From NCBI GenBank assembly GCA_043228905.1, contig JBHGNT010000001.1, positions 9,300,001 to 9,364,000 on the forward strand: 64,000 nucleotides of DNA, given 5' to 3'. The position numbers and the translations under genes are program-made. Source of the DNA: Azolla caroliniana (Eukaryota > Plantae > Polypodiophyta). Below the pieces are notes generated by a model that was not told where the DNA came from, did not search any database, and saw only the letters and a list, made by a program, of their open reading frames with translations. Numbering within the stretch: position 1 is the first letter of the stretch; every line of letters begins with the position of its first letter. Below are positions 33,101 through 47,754 of this stretch, one piece after another.

Positions 33101-36100
33101 GTAATGGCCAATCAAACCTACATAAACTATTTTTGTTTCACATTCCATCAAAAGTCACAACCATTCACAATGAACAAAATCCTCCTAATTGACACCCATG
33201 AGTTTTTTTGATGCCTTGCTATATGTCACGTTTTATGAGAGATCAACATGCTCGTTGTTACGCGGTGACGAAGGGTATTGAGATGTAATCTTGGTATCCA
33301 AAAATAGACACAAGACTACTTAACCTTCATGCAATAGGTTAATTAGCCAGACATGAGGGTTTGCACTTGTACTCTAGGGGATTTGTAGTAGATTCGTAGT
33401 TGCCAAAACTATGGATTACCATAACCTCTTGCTATAATGAATATTACATTTATACTCATGATATAGCTAATATTTGGACATGAGGTGCAATTGTGTGGTC
33501 ATTGAAATCTATGGTGTTGGAGAGGTGGACAATGGATTTGAGTATTAGTCAGGAGCCAACATCAAATCATGTGTATTCAGTTGTAGTCATGCATAGACAA
33601 AATGCACACACAACATGTGCCCCATTTGTGTCACGTCAACCTCCATAATCTTTAACTAGTTTTAATATATGCATCGATAAATTTGGTCTTGGAAAAATGT
33701 AGTTCGTCAGTCAAAATCAATGAATTTAGGAGGTGATGAACACGATCATGCATTTGCAACTTTTTGTGTGAAAAGGGACTATCGAGGATGAGGAATACTT
33801 GTATTCTTGGATGTCTCGAACGGGACTTAAAAGAGATATTTTATTGTTCCATTGTTGGTAAACTTCAAATGTAATGGACATTGTTTGATTATGTCACAAA
33901 GTAACATGATGTGTCTCCATGTCCACAATCTGAAATATGCAACTTCTTGTTTTGTCTCTCTTACACTCGATCAACAGCTTTTGTCGGAGTGGTGTTGATT
34001 ATTTGTATGATTATGAAACCATATAATTTTCGACATTCAACTCTACAAGGTCAGCCAACAATGGGCACTTTATTTTGTTGGGAATCCTTTTTCTTTGCTA
34101 GACTCAAATTATTGGAAAATATTGTGTTCCTATGATGATATAACCTATAATAAATGTGAAAAGGATATAATTCAAGCTCATTCAAAGAGGGAGATTCTAT
34201 CATTAATGAGATATATATCTCTAAATGCATGTTAATAATTTCTATTGGTATCATGTCTGGCCTCTCTATTAATAGGGTGTGCATAGGATATGACTTTGAG
34301 AACAAACAAACTATTGGTACAAATATAACCAAACAATGCAAGACATGGAACAACTAAAAAACACATAAGATAATGCCTTGTTTTCGGTTTAAATGTTGAA
34401 AGATGTTGAGGTCGAACCACCTTTTTAACAAATTTTACTATTATCATGGGGTCTACATATGTTTTTATAGTTTAATCACATGTTTGTTGCTTTTAAAGTG
34501 ACATTATTTATACAATTGTCCATAGTGAAATCATTGTTTGCCCAAGGTGAACCATGAGACCTTTTTTGTAATCGATATTTAACTTCCAATCACATTCTTC
34601 GATATCAAGATGCCAACCAACAAAGCGGTATTGTTAAAGCTATAAAACGTCATTAGTGAGTCTTTCCATGAGTATTTAAATTCAAGGACTTACATTGTTT
34701 AAAAGCAAATCGTGTAGTGATAATGAATGACGCGGGCAATGGATAATGATATCATACTTGTTATGATTATTGTACAAAATACAATAAGTACAACTATTGC
34801 TATTTGAAAAAGCTTTTTTTTGACGCCTAGCTCAAAATAAATTAAGACGGGGATAAGGTATTCCGTGTAATTCATTTGGCATAATAAAAATAGTCATCAT
34901 GCCCCACAATGATTTTTACATTTTTTGGAGCTTCACATACCACGGTGAATGCATATGCCTCGTTCTCAACACCAAAATCCTTCCAAACGATCGTATAATT
35001 GGTTAATGAAGAAAAATGAGCCCAAAAATCGATGTCAAAACCATATACATGTTTGCTCGAGTCATGGGACAACCAGAAGTCTTAAAAGAAATTTGAACTT
35101 CCTATGTAGTATGCACTCATATATATTGGGGATGATCTCCAGATGATTTATGCAATATAGAAACTAGATTAGATTTAAGTTTATGAATAGTTGTGAACAC
35201 CAAAGAAGACATTATGTGTTAATAAATAAAATGGAAGTGTTGCGTTTATACGTTTGTCCTCATTTAAGCGACTTTGGAAACAACCCCCACGCACAAATTT
35301 ATTGCGTATAGATTCACACAGGTTGGAAAGCTAAAATTGTAACACAAACATGCATACACTTCATAATGTAGTAGTAAAGAAGGAAAATGAGAGAATGGGT
35401 GTTTAACAAAGACAATGATGACAATTAAAGCATGATAGTGGTGCATTGGGCTATGAGAAAGGAATCACACTTGCAATCTAATGCAAAAGCAATGTATTTG
35501 ATTTTTCACATGACACCGAGATTCACAAATTCATTGGCAATGGACAAAGTGTGCCACAAGCAAAATGAAGCCAATGCAATGTTGGGTGTGATTAGGTGCA
35601 TTGTGTTGATACGATGCACTTTGATCAATGGTGAATTCTCAAATGAGTTACTCTCGTACAATTGACTAAAAGGTTCAATATAGCATATGGGTACTCACTC
35701 GCAATGGCCATTTAGATAATTTGAGGAGAATCCAAAATACAATCAAGTTTGTTGTTCACTTGATTTGTGATTTAACTTTTTCCATGAACAATCTATAACA
35801 CACACTCTCGATACATACATACATACATTATATACATATGTTAGGAAGTGTGAAAATATAGGAAAGTGGGCTCATAACTTTAACATTTGGTTTTGTATTA
35901 TACATGGTCAAGTTGCAAACAACAAAATTTATAAACCTATTTCAATAGCTAAGATCCATTAAATAGGTATATTATATTATCATAGGAGCCAGGAAAATAT
36001 AACAAGGTGGGCCTTTTCACCTTAGTTTGAATTACATGATTGCATTGACATGGCCCATTTGCCAATAGTAAAGCTCTAAATCTATTCGGATAATTAGGAA

Positions 36101-38729
36101 ATCAATGGCATCCAAGCAATTTGACGCCATCCAAGTCTCATGGATCACTATATAAGTACTTGTCATATGCGTCATGACCCACACTCTTGAACAACCATTA
36201 CAATGACATCAATACCAAGAATGGAAGCATACATGTGAGGGAAAATATGGCAATGTACAAAAGGATAATACTATGGACAAGATAATATAAGGTTTTCTAG
36301 TCATGTGGAAAGGCATAAAATATTGTAAAAACCTAAAAAACTATTTTTGTACGTTTTGCATGCCTTTTTTACTTGAAATCTAGGCTAGACTCTGGAGCTT
36401 TGTTGCTAATCTCTTTCACTCTCTCCTAATGAATGAATCACCTAAATGCTTACATCTTCTTAATAAATAAGCATTTGGGCGTGACTTGTACTTAACATGA
36501 TATTTATTGGTAAAAATATGGTGATTTTTTTTGGAACTAGTTAAATAAAATGTTCATTAAGTATAGTTCTTTTAATTCAAGTGGTAGTACGGTGATTGTT
36601 TTTGTGATTTTGTATTTTTAATTAGTTAATTAAAATATTCGTCAAGTCATTCCTTTATTTAAATGGAAGTATGATAATTCTTTTTGTCATTTTGATTAGT
36701 TAATTATAATGTTTGTTAAGTCTCATTCCGTTAATTCAATGGAGGTATGGTGATTCTTGATGTGAATTCGTCACATAAATCTTATAGTTAATTAGTTCAT
36801 TAGAATGTTCTTAAAGTCTCATTCCTTCAATTGCCTCCCACATGACAAACTATGATAGATGCCAACCCGAACTCTACCAAGAGAGAGAGAGAGAGAGAGA
36901 GAGTGTGTGTGTGTGTTAGGAGCAATCCTATATACGATTACAAATGACACAAATTGTGCTCCAAGCAAAAAAGTGTCCAGGATTCCACCATTAGACTCCC
37001 CGTGTTGAGGTCCACTTCATTTGCCATGAAGCCATCCTACATTGACTTCACTATAGAGATCAACATACTATTTGTTCATTTGGAAGCAAGTGGTGTGCAC
37101 CGAGAGTCTTAAGCTTTACCCCAATATATTACTGCTTACAAGTAGCATAAGGCGTAAATATACATGAACAATGCGGTAAGCTGTTTCGGCGGATGAATAC
37201 GTTTTGGAGATGCTTGATGTCCTTGGAACAATCGGCATTGTTACTTACAATCTTTTGTCTTTCCAAGGTCACACACTTATGAGATGTGCTACCATGCTTT
37301 TAGAGTTTGGTTGATAGACAACATCGGGGAATTAGTTTTTGAACTTCACGGCATATGAAGTTGTCTTAATTATAGTGAGTAATGATCAAATGTGCACATC
37401 CAAGGGATCAAATTTTCGCCAAGGGAGGGAAGGAGGAAATAAGTTTCTCATCGATAATGATGTTGAGCAACAAGAGAAACTCTTGAACCTCCATGATGCT
37501 AGAAGTAAGGTTTGGCCATAGATGGAGAATGGTATTGAATGAATTATTGTGTGGAATGAGAACGAGTACAACCTTTCTACATTGATAACACATGTGGTTG
37601 TGGTTGTCACAACCAAATGCACGATGAAGTCAATTTGAAAGAGATCACTTTGTGGAACGATTAGAATAAAGGCTTGTGCCTCGAGGACTAGCAAAGTAGC
37701 AATTTAGACAAAAAATTGAGCATACGTCATTGAAAATAAATGGTCACAAACTTGAGGCAATTTACCAAAATAAAGGTTATTAAACTCAATCAAATAAAGA
37801 GGATGTAACCCAACTTGTGGGATCAATTACACATTCGGGATACTTTAAGCATTACAATAAACTCAAGCATAAGAAATATATGAAAACTAACTCCTATGTT
37901 GGGTAATGTTTTCCTTGCACGACAACCCACCAACACAACAAAGTATTTTCCAGATATGACGAACAAAAGATGTATCTTCTTCCAATCCATTATGATGTTT
38001 AAGGCCTCATGGCAAACTCAAATGTCATCACGAGGAAGATACTAGTGTTAATTGGTATGTGGACTTAAATCAAGGTCCACAAGATATTTGGCTCATAAAG
38101 GAACAAAGATATCTTGATCAAGGTGGGCAAAGATGAAGAAGATATAGTGCCACCAATTTACAATTAGAAATGATGCCTAGACAATCTACTATTGGAACAA
38201 AACAAGGAAACCAAATTGGTTGTAGAAAACAAATTATGGATGGATGGGGTGTTTTGGCCATAGTGAGCCATAAGTGCTGGCCACAACTATATAGGAGGAT
38301 AAAGGAAGAGATGAAAGGAGTAACATATGATATGATGTTATTAATGGAAATTTCGAAGGAGCAGAAACTCACCACAATGAGTGAAGTTTTGATGGATTCT
38401 GAAATGAAGGTTGCCTTGATGTGATTTGACACAACTCACAACGGATAACCAAAGTTGGGACTAATTTGTGGGTTGACCATCATATGTGAAGTTGATATAT
38501 ACAACATGTATAGGACTCGAAGACCAAGCACCAAGCATTGTTGGAGACCTATGAAGAATGGTTAGTAGCTAGTTGAGGGCAAACACTCAAAATGAAGAGG
38601 TCGAAGTAGGAGGGGGAACTTAGATAATTAAGATCCAACACCCACCCCCATCCATTAGATTTGTTTGTTGACACAAAATTAGCAAGGGAGGGACGCTACA
38701 TATACATATAAGGTTGTGAGAGGATCACC

Positions 38730-38768
<39 letters not shown>

Positions 38769-39575
38769 TGATGGTGCTAGAGTTTTACCCTAGTACCTAC
38801 TACCCACCCCATCATATCATGTGGTGTTTGGGGACCATGAGAAATGGGTTCATGTGTGATGGAATTCGTGGGGTACCACAACAACTCTCTAGGCTGAAAG
38901 GAAAGTTGATTTGGCAATTTTTTGCAACTATGTTGAATGGGGACATTGTCCGAAGATGAGGTAGATTTACACAATCTAGTATTACAACACCTGAGAGGGT
39001 TTACATTGCCATATAGCTACTGATGAAAAATAGTGAGATAGATAGACATCAAGGGTTGGATTATCATCTTGTTTTAATAACAAAGACAGATTTTGAGAGG
39101 GAGAGAGAGAGAGAGAGAGCACCGAAAGAGGAGTTGTGATTGGATGGATCATGTGTAGAAAAAAAAATTGAAAAGAGGAAAAAAAAAGGGGCCATCTCTC
39201 TTGGGTTTGAATGGGACAAAAAAACAAATAAAAAGAAAAGAAACAGGTAATTATTATTAATCCTATAAATAATAAAAAGAGGGGAAGGATATGTTCGTCC
39301 TCATCTCTTCCCAATTCTCTCTGTGTCTCTTTTGTGTGTGTTTGTAATTCTGGTGTGTTCTTTATTTCTCTTTTGTTTCAGAATATATATATATTTTTGG
39401 ACGTGCGCGTTCACATTTGGGCGTTCACACTTTGTCCGTTTGCCCACACTCCTCCTTTTCTTCTACACACAAAATTGCCTCCGCGTTCGCTTTCGCTTCA
39501 GTCCTTTCTTTCTTTCACCTTCTTTCCTTCCTTTCTTCCTCTGCTACTCATTCTGTCACTGTGATCTCCTTCTGC

Positions 39576-39655
39576 CATCATCATCATCATCATCACCGTC
39601 ATCGTCGTCATCATCTTCATCATCATCATCTTCTTCTTCTTCTTCTTCATCATCA
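39576..39655 (+). repeat. Compound (CAT)n/(CTT)n microsatellite in the presumed Elongin C 5' UTR
   Basis: Directly visible trinucleotide runs about 115-195 bp upstream of the ATG. Confidence 0.85.
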
Positions 39656-39769
39656 ATCCTCCTCCTCCTTGTCGTTTCTTCTCCTTTCTCGTTCTTTCTG
39701 TGCCTTTTCTCTAACCCCTCCCTTGGTTGAAGTCGAAAGGAAGGTATCCCATCGCCGTCGCTCATAGCA

Positions 39770-42616
39770 ATGAGCAAAGAGGAGACCGTCAAGCTCGTCA
39801 GTGCCGAAGGATTCGAGTTCATCATCCACCGCAAGGCCGCGATCCTCTCTGATACTCTCAGAAACATGCTCACTTCGCCTGGTAAATTACCATTTCTTTC
39901 TTTCTTTTTTAATGTGTGTGTGAGTGTGTTGTTTTCTGTATTTACTAACCCGTCCTATTTCCACTCGATTTACTGCATTTTCATCTAAACGCGTTCAGAC
40001 CTCAGTTTTCCATTTCTTTCTACCTCCATTCTGAAAGCTTTCGGTTTTTCTTCTTCCTCAAGGTTCCGTCTATCCTAATATTCAGTAACATTCCTTTAAT
40101 TATGCTTTCAAGTCGTTGCATTTTCATCCAAACGCCTCGAAATTCAGTCTCCGTTTCTTTCTTTTCCCATGTGCTCTTCTTTCTCCATTTTTATCCAATG
40201 GCCGAGCTATTTCCTTATTACTTTGAGACGCTTCCATCTCAGTGCTTCTGAAGTGCCTTCTTTTTTCTTACTGTGAAGAATTAGATATTGCAATCTTTTT
40301 CATTTTTTGTCGAAAAGCTCTGGAAATATGACATTTTTTGATGTATTAGTGTTTTCAAGTTGAACTTCAATCTTGTTTCTGTTTTATTCTTTGCTTGCAT
40401 TCTGCCGTTTTATTTTTAGTTTTAGTGAACGTAGGATCATACATCGATTCAAATTATCGTCATTCATTTCCAATTTTTTCATCTTTAACTTGCCTTTTAT
40501 ATTCCTTTCTGTTTTAGAAATGCTTTCAATATTCACAGTCCCGTTGATTGTATTACGTTTCGTTTGATCCATTTTGATCGTTTTGCTCCCTCATTTTCTG
40601 TTTGTAATACATCGACATTTTCTGTGCCATTTTATTGAAACAAATCTGAAATGTGGCCTTTCTTTATAATTATAATGCTGGTTGTTTTGAATAAAAATGT
40701 TTTATGTTCGACCTAGCGCTCTCTGTTATTGTTGTGATTCAACTGATTTTAACGAATAGCTTTGTGCACATTTGAGTCTGCTGTTTGATCTTTACCGAGT
40801 CAGTTTTTGCTCCTCACATTGTGATTATATTATGCTTAGTTTCCGAATCTTCTGCTTTTCCATCCAAATGTTTCGGGATGATAGCTTTTATCCAAAGTGT
40901 TAGGGTTCCTGATATTTTCCTGAACTTTACTTTGCCTTATTTCTATCTGTTTTCTCGTATTAGAATTTGATCCATACCCGTTAAGCAGAATTCTTTCCTG
41001 TTTTTTCTGAATAAATATGGCTTATTTGATAATTTACTAAAAATGCTACAGATCTGACTCTCTAACTGAAAGTTTTGACTTATCTGGCGACTTTGGTCAT
41101 TATTTTCTCCTTTCCCTTTCTCTAGAACTTCATTTTCTTTTGCTTTTCTCCCAGAACAGTTTGAATCCATGGAGATTCTGAAAGCCTATCTTGTTTTGTA
41201 TTCCATGCAAATTTGTTTGATCTTTTTTTCTAAGCGATATTTTTTCATTATCTTTACCATGTGAATTTATTCTATTTTCTGTCACTTTAAATATGTTGTT
41301 GTTTTCCTTCCCATGTATTTACAATTTGACGCTATCGTTTTTCATTTTCTTTTTAATCTTCGTTTTGAGTTCTTTCCTTTGGATAGTTGATTTCATTCTC
41401 TTTTCCATGTAAAGCGATGCCATGGTGGCCTTTTTTCTCATGTTGTTGAATAGTTCCTTCTTGTTATTATCTCAGGGAGTATAAAAGAAACAGCGCCTGG
41501 AGAGCTGAAGCTCCCTGAGATAAGCACACCTGTCTTGGAGAAGATATGCGAGTATTTTTACTGGTCTCTGCAGTTCTCAAAGTGAGGATCTGATTCTTTG
41601 TTCCAGCATAAGTTCTGATTTTTATGATACAGAGAAGTTTGTCTAGGATTATTAATTTTATTAGGTGTTAAAACATAACATTGTTAGCTAGTTGTAGTTG
41701 CACTGCATTCACACAATGTTGATGTGAGGAAGCGATATTATATTCATTTTAAGAAAAATGAGCCTAGAGCATTATTGATAACACTATAGATAGAGGAGAG
41801 GCAGGTGCGTGTACGTCAAACACTATTGGTTGAGTAATTGGTGAAGGAGAGGTTGTGATAGATGCGAATTAACCATGTAGCTACTGAAGGAGAAAGTAAA
41901 GAGAGGGAGACAGCATATTTGTATCCCCTTAAAGACTGAAGAGAGTGGTATGTTTTAGCGTCCTCGTTGGAGGTAACACATAATCGAGAGAGCGAGCGAT
42001 CTTGAACAGAAAAAATGAAAAAGAGAAGGGAGACGATTAAAACCTATGGGACCAAAAGGAACATTTTCTCGTTGAGAGAGTGAATATATAATATACAATA
42101 TATAATATAATAGTGTATAATATATAATATATATGCATGTCTCTTCTCTCTGTACAGATAAAAAGAGAGATATCAAGGTTACATGTGAGAGGAACCTTTT
42201 ACATATAGAAAGAGAGTTCCAAAATTCGTTGCTAGTCGTGGTGTTTTTTTCTTTCTTAAAAAACTATTATTTACGAAATAAAAGGGAGAGAAGTCAAAGG
42301 GAACACTTTCCTGCAGAGAGACAAACCAATAGGAACAGAAGGCTTTCCTTCGTGGAAGTCCATAGTGAGGGAAAGCCTAAAACTGAAATGAATGTGACAT
42401 GTAGAAGGAAAAGAAACATTTTCACCCACGCAAACGTATCTATGTATAGATATTTTGTATGTGTGTGTGAGAGGAGAGAGAGAGAGAGTCCACATCCTTC
42501 ACATAAAAAAGAAAGTTTCTATCCTCTTTTTTTGCAGTGGAATTGATACCGAATTTAATTTTGACCCCGAGCTCACTTCTGAGCTGATGAGGGCAGCGAG
42601 CTACTTGCATACATAA
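39770..42616 (+). CDS. ELOC: Elongin C (SKP1/BTB-like), 98 aa; exons 39770-39881, 41476-41581, 42538-42616
   Basis: Spliced translation MSKEETVKLVSAEGFEFIIHRKAAILSDTLRNMLTSPG-SIKETAPGELKLPEISTPVLEKICEYFYWSLQFS-NGIDTEFNFDPELTSELMRAASYLHT*. Both introns are GT-AG and exon lengths sum to 297 nt. Confidence 0.92.
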
Positions 42617-45037
42617 ATAACAACTCCATGCTTTCCTTTTTTGTCGAGATAAAAACTTTGAAAAGAAGTTTTTAACTATAATTATCTTTACATGTACATG
42701 CTAGATGTCTTGACCTAAGGGTGCGCTTGTTAGTTCTAATAGCCTATGTTAGGATAATCTTGTATTTCTTGGAGGTGTCTCTGGTGGTGGTTGAGTGGTA
42801 AAACCATTGTAGTCTATAATCTTTTGAGTGGATAGAAGACCATTGGTTTACTCTGTAATTGCCAACGAGAACCTATGTAATGCGTAAGAAGTCTTTAACC
42901 CTAATTATCTTTACATGTACATGTTACACGTATTGCCCATTTGCAGCATATATCGTTGTGTATCTACTATATTGAAGATATCATCAATGGGAGTGTTGCA
43001 GTTTTTGATGGATGAATTGATATTGTTGCTTTGAATTCATGAAATTGAAAGTGTGCTCGTGGATATGTTCACAAGCTGTCAAGTGGGATTCTCAAAGTTA
43101 ATCAATGCCCCAAACCTAAAACAGCCTGCCTTGATCTTTGTTCTTCCACGCTATCACTTATTTTGCTGGTACTCCAAATGATTATGGCATGATGTGCTTT
43201 GATAATTTGATTTGTCTTGCAATAGTAAGACTATGAAGGGGGGAAATCGGAGTATTCTTGTGGGCTTTGGTGTCTAAGTTTGGATGCACACATTGTCTGA
43301 TTAGGAATAATAGTGTGTTGCATGGTTTAGTGCAGGTGATCATATAATCAAGGATTGATAGTTGAATTGTTTCCTTATGTTCTTGGTTGAATTGCAGTTT
43401 TGACTCCAGACCATGGACATTAGAGGTCTTGCCATGAATGCATTTACTATTCATAAAGAGTAGCAAGGTTCCACTTTCAAATTTAACCTTCCTAGTTTTC
43501 CCAAGTCTCTTTAGTTTTCTTTAAATCTGTTGAAGGAGTATGATAACTCTCATCTCTTCGTGGTGAAACATAATTATATTAACTGCATATGAGCAACAAT
43601 GGAATGTCGCCACTACATGGGTAGTGGGCTTTGTTGCAGTGCCCAAAAGGCAAGTATACGATGCCAAGGAGATGAACTTTGCTAACTTTGTTTATATGTT
43701 CTTGAAAAGGTCTAGAAGAATATGTTTGTATACTAATCATCGTTTGAATTGTAAATGAAAAAAATTCATGATGTCATGTTGATTTGTTACTATCACTCTT
43801 TGTGGTGCTAGTCTAGCAATGGGTGATGAATTTTCGCTCTTGATCCCAATCGCAATTTATATGACAGTACAAGTATGATAGGTTCAATGATGTTCTACTA
43901 TAGTAGGTCATTGCAATTCTTAAATTGTGTTAGACTTCTAGAATGGATATTTGGTATGATCCTTCTTTGAGCTTAAATTTAGGATATAAAATGAAGGTAA
44001 TAATATTGCAATTTTAATGACATTTCCACAAACATGTAATTTTCCATTAGTCTTGTAACGTGTTAAAATGGTTTGCGATATTATACTTCTCCCTTATTGA
44101 ACTACATTCGTTAGGAATGTCTTGTATCATTGAGGATTTCTACATAACATGAGAGAGTAATATAAAGAACTTGCAATATAATCTCCTCCTAGTGAGCTAC
44201 AGGAATGATGAGACACCATCTTTTCATGCATATTAGTCATTAGTCACCTTTATTTGGAGAACCTCTTGCAAGAATAGATTATGAGTATATATCCTCAAGT
44301 ACTTGGTTTATCTTTGGTAGGTCACAGTTGTGGCATCTTTATCCTCTTAATTTATATGTATAATGTTAGGATTTAAACTTGGAATATTTTGCATACCAAT
44401 ATCTTGGATATGCATGTAGTTGAACTACTTTTACCATGAGCAAAGTCCAACAAATGTACTTTGCAAGAAAGGTGAGAGCAAATGTCATCAAGTGATTCGC
44501 CAATCGAGGTTGATTTAGAATCCATTGTATAGGTGATCCTTGGAGTTTCGAAGTTCAAGGTAACTCCTACGTTTAAAACTTGAGTGATATAAATAAATTA
44601 ACTCAACCCCAAACACATTTGGGGCAAATGTATACGAATGAGACAATGATTTTGATTAGGGAATGATGTGCCTTGCACCAACTAATGTTATAAAGAAGGT
44701 AAAATTTTTCCCAAACAGTAAAACAACCTTATCTAAAGTAATGATTTTTAATCTCCTTTAACGGGTTGAAACCAAAGGTATTTGTGGAGTAAGTTTTAAC
44801 ACTTCGAGGTGAAAGTACTCTAAAGTAGCTCATTTTTCTTTCTTCTCTCGCCCTATTTCTTTTGAGCAATGCGATTAATTACTTTCCATTATTTGAATGA
44901 TGTACTTATCCTTTTTGGTTTTAACTTTTAACAAACTTCTACTTGGATTTTAGTCATGCTATTAAAATGATGTTTATTAATCAATTCATTCTATTTTTAA
45001 TATATTTTTGGAAATATTGATAAGCGGTTAACAAAAT

Positions 45038-45110
45038 GGGGATGTAGCTCAGATGGTAGAGCGCTCGCTTAGCATGCGAGAGGTACGGGGATCGATACCC
45101 CGCATCTCCA
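45038..45110 (+). tRNA. tRNA-Ala (anticodon AGC)
   Basis: GGGGATGTAGCTCAGATGGTAGAGCGCTCGCTTAGCATGCGAGAGGTACGGGGATCGATACCCCGCATCTCCA, the canonical plant sequence; T-run downstream. Confidence 0.97.
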
Positions 45111-46371
45111 AATCCTTTTTACTCTTGATTTCTAGTTCTCTTTTTTCTTTTTCATTTTTACAAGCTATTCTTTACTTATATTCCTTTCCTTTCCTTTTCG
45201 AAAATGAAAAACCTTCAACAATCCACAAAACCTTCTATACTAGCATTCTTCAGCCTTTACTTCGATGGAATTGCTCCAACTGCCTCACCACACAAGTAGA
45301 GCAATTTGAGCATATGTCGAGGTTATAATGAAATACTCTTTGTCTTCCTTAGCGTGGGGGTGAGGAACCACTAACTCATGCAAAAAAACATGGCCGAGCT
45401 CACTCTCTGGCCATTTAAAACACCACCTCTCATTTAACATAAAAACCACACAAAAACCCTCGACTATTGTACACATATTCGAAAGATTAGCTGCCCTTTT
45501 CTTCTCTAACACAGCATTCAATTTCCGTAGTTACAAGCAATCGAGCATTCACCAACATAAAAGCAAAGAAATAAGGTGGGTGTGTGTGTGTGCATGTAAA
45601 AATGGTGGTAGATTCACTGAAATCATGAGTGGTACTGGCAACACAAGTAAATTAATACGGGCGTCGGGGAACACATGTAAGTATTTGTACATGGACATCA
45701 TGGTGGATCACCTCAGATCATAAATGCAAGCTAATCCGCTGAGCAAGGCATTAAGGTGAATGCAGTAGTAGTAGTAGTGGGAGTAACTTGAAAGTGCATC
45801 TCCACTAGTGCCAAACTTGTAGTGTACGTACTTCATTGTAAGTGATAGTAGTAATACCCTAAAACTTCTTTTAATACCCCTACTAAAAGAGTCACACATT
45901 TCACCTGTCCTTTTTTTGCCTACAGGGATCCCACAAAATATATGTATATGTATATGTACTACATACATACTTTTTACAACCCTTTTAGATTCATGAACCA
46001 TTTCCCCACAGGATCTGCAGACATCATCCAATTTGCTGGAGTTTTATGTATTAACTAAACTAACTAGGTTAAGCTCGGAAAATTTAAGGCATATTTCCCT
46101 TGTGTGGTATCTAGAGTCTGTATTTGTTGTTACATTAGGTTAGGAGAGACAAAAAATGAGTTGGTGTTGTATGTCTTGTGTGGCCTCATACTTGAATCAA
46201 AAAACAAGTAAAAAACACTCAGATTCGAGCATAATGCAAAAGAACATAAAAAAATAATAACCTATGCCAAGCCTCCATGCCACTCACTCTGTTTCGATTG
46301 TGGCAAAAATGGTAACAACTACTGACTGTTGTTTTGGACTGTACATTATTACAATTACACCCAAGGAAGAA

Positions 46372-46481
46372 GAGGACATGTATGATTATTTTGTATTGTA
46401 TGCTGTGAGATAACCAATGTTGGCCAGAGGACATGTATGATTATTTTGTATTGTATGCTGTGAGATAACCAATGTTGGCCA
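46372..46481 (+). repeat. Perfect tandem duplication of about 55 bp
   Basis: GAGGACATGTATGATTATTTTGTATTGTATGCTGTGAGATAACCAATGTTGGCCA occurs twice. Confidence 0.9.
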
Positions 46482-47299
46482 TTACAATTCTACAATTGGG
46501 GGGTTAAAATAAATAAATACACAACCTCATGCTACTTCACATACAGACTAAATGCAAATGGACATGACATTGTTTTAAAAACATTGATTCTAAAAATTGT
46601 TGGTGATTTTGACATAAATATGGAGTACTAAAAATTTGTAGTATAGGGTCAACTTGATAAAGAACCTTATGAAGATGAACCCACATTTTGCAATGGTAAA
46701 CGTTGTATCAAGAAGGAGCAATTCATGGAAGCTAAGGTAGATGATGAATAGGATTACTATGTCATCAGCGAATGCCACTCAACTTAAACATCACGTTCGA
46801 CAACAAGATCCTTTGCGCTAGAGGTAGCACATTCATCATGTATGCTTCCTGTAAGATATATATATGTATATCTGTGCATGCATTATATGTCTTCGCATGT
46901 TAGCACGACAATGATAATAATTAAATGCCACACATAATGGCAATTGAAAGAGAATAATCGAATACTCCCATGTCTGAGTATTTGGAGAAGAAGATGGGTA
47001 GGTAATCAGTTACTGAATTTGAGGATAAATAGTTAGAGTTGTTGTTGAATGAGGCATATAAATCTTCATAAGCACAGATAGCCTGATCTGGGATTTACAA
47101 GATAAAATGTTCTTAGTGTGGGAGGACAAAACCTGTTATGGTATAACACATGTCAAATCAGAGCCGTCAATCGTTTATAATCGATCACAAGCTTAGCTCA
47201 GTAATGCTTGACAAAGCCATGTGCATGCAGTGGTATAGTGGCAAACGCATGTGCTTTGAAACAGTTAAGGTTGTTGTTTCTAATGTCAAGTGCAATAGG

Positions 47300-47378
47300 T
47301 TTGATCTAATCAGATGTATAAACATGGTGTAGTAGTATGGGTTTTATCTAATCAGATGTATAAACATGGCGTAGTAGT
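47300..47378 (+). repeat. 42-bp tandem duplication
   Basis: ATCTAATCAGATGTATAAACATGG.GTAGTAGTA occurs twice. Confidence 0.8.
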
Positions 47379-47754
47379 AGAGAACTGGCTTTGTGGTTTA
47401 GTGTTTTCCGGGATTTGCCAATTTCCTGGATTCTTGCTTCTCCGCCTACATTCTTGGCATCCATAAATTAGGTAGCCAATCCATAATATGGAAATTTTAG
47501 AGCGGCAATAGTTTCTGGAAGGATATCATCACACACCCATAGTCCATAATGATCATCAAAACCCGGATTGCTTCCATTCACCTCCTGTACTCAACTGACA
47601 ACAAGATCAGTAATATACTCAAGTTCTTTCTTACATTGTTTCCGCGACAAAAGGTCTGTCCCTGATCCTGTAGGCTGTCGAGTAAAATTAGACGTTTTGT
47701 CCATCATATGAGCAACAATTATAGGTGATTCTAGGCTCTAGTGTATTGGCTTAA

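Noticed and set aside
31000-38700. Possible decayed transposase or gag relics (for example CYQCRK near 37590 on minus, ORF 38170-38424)
   Set aside because: No motif complete enough to assign by eye; a translated search is needed.
39323-39873. Poly-Ser, poly-His and poly-Asp/Glu ORFs
   Set aside because: Translations of the microsatellite upstream of Elongin C.
45053-45328. 91-aa ORF
   Set aside because: Starts inside the tRNA-Ala gene; spurious.
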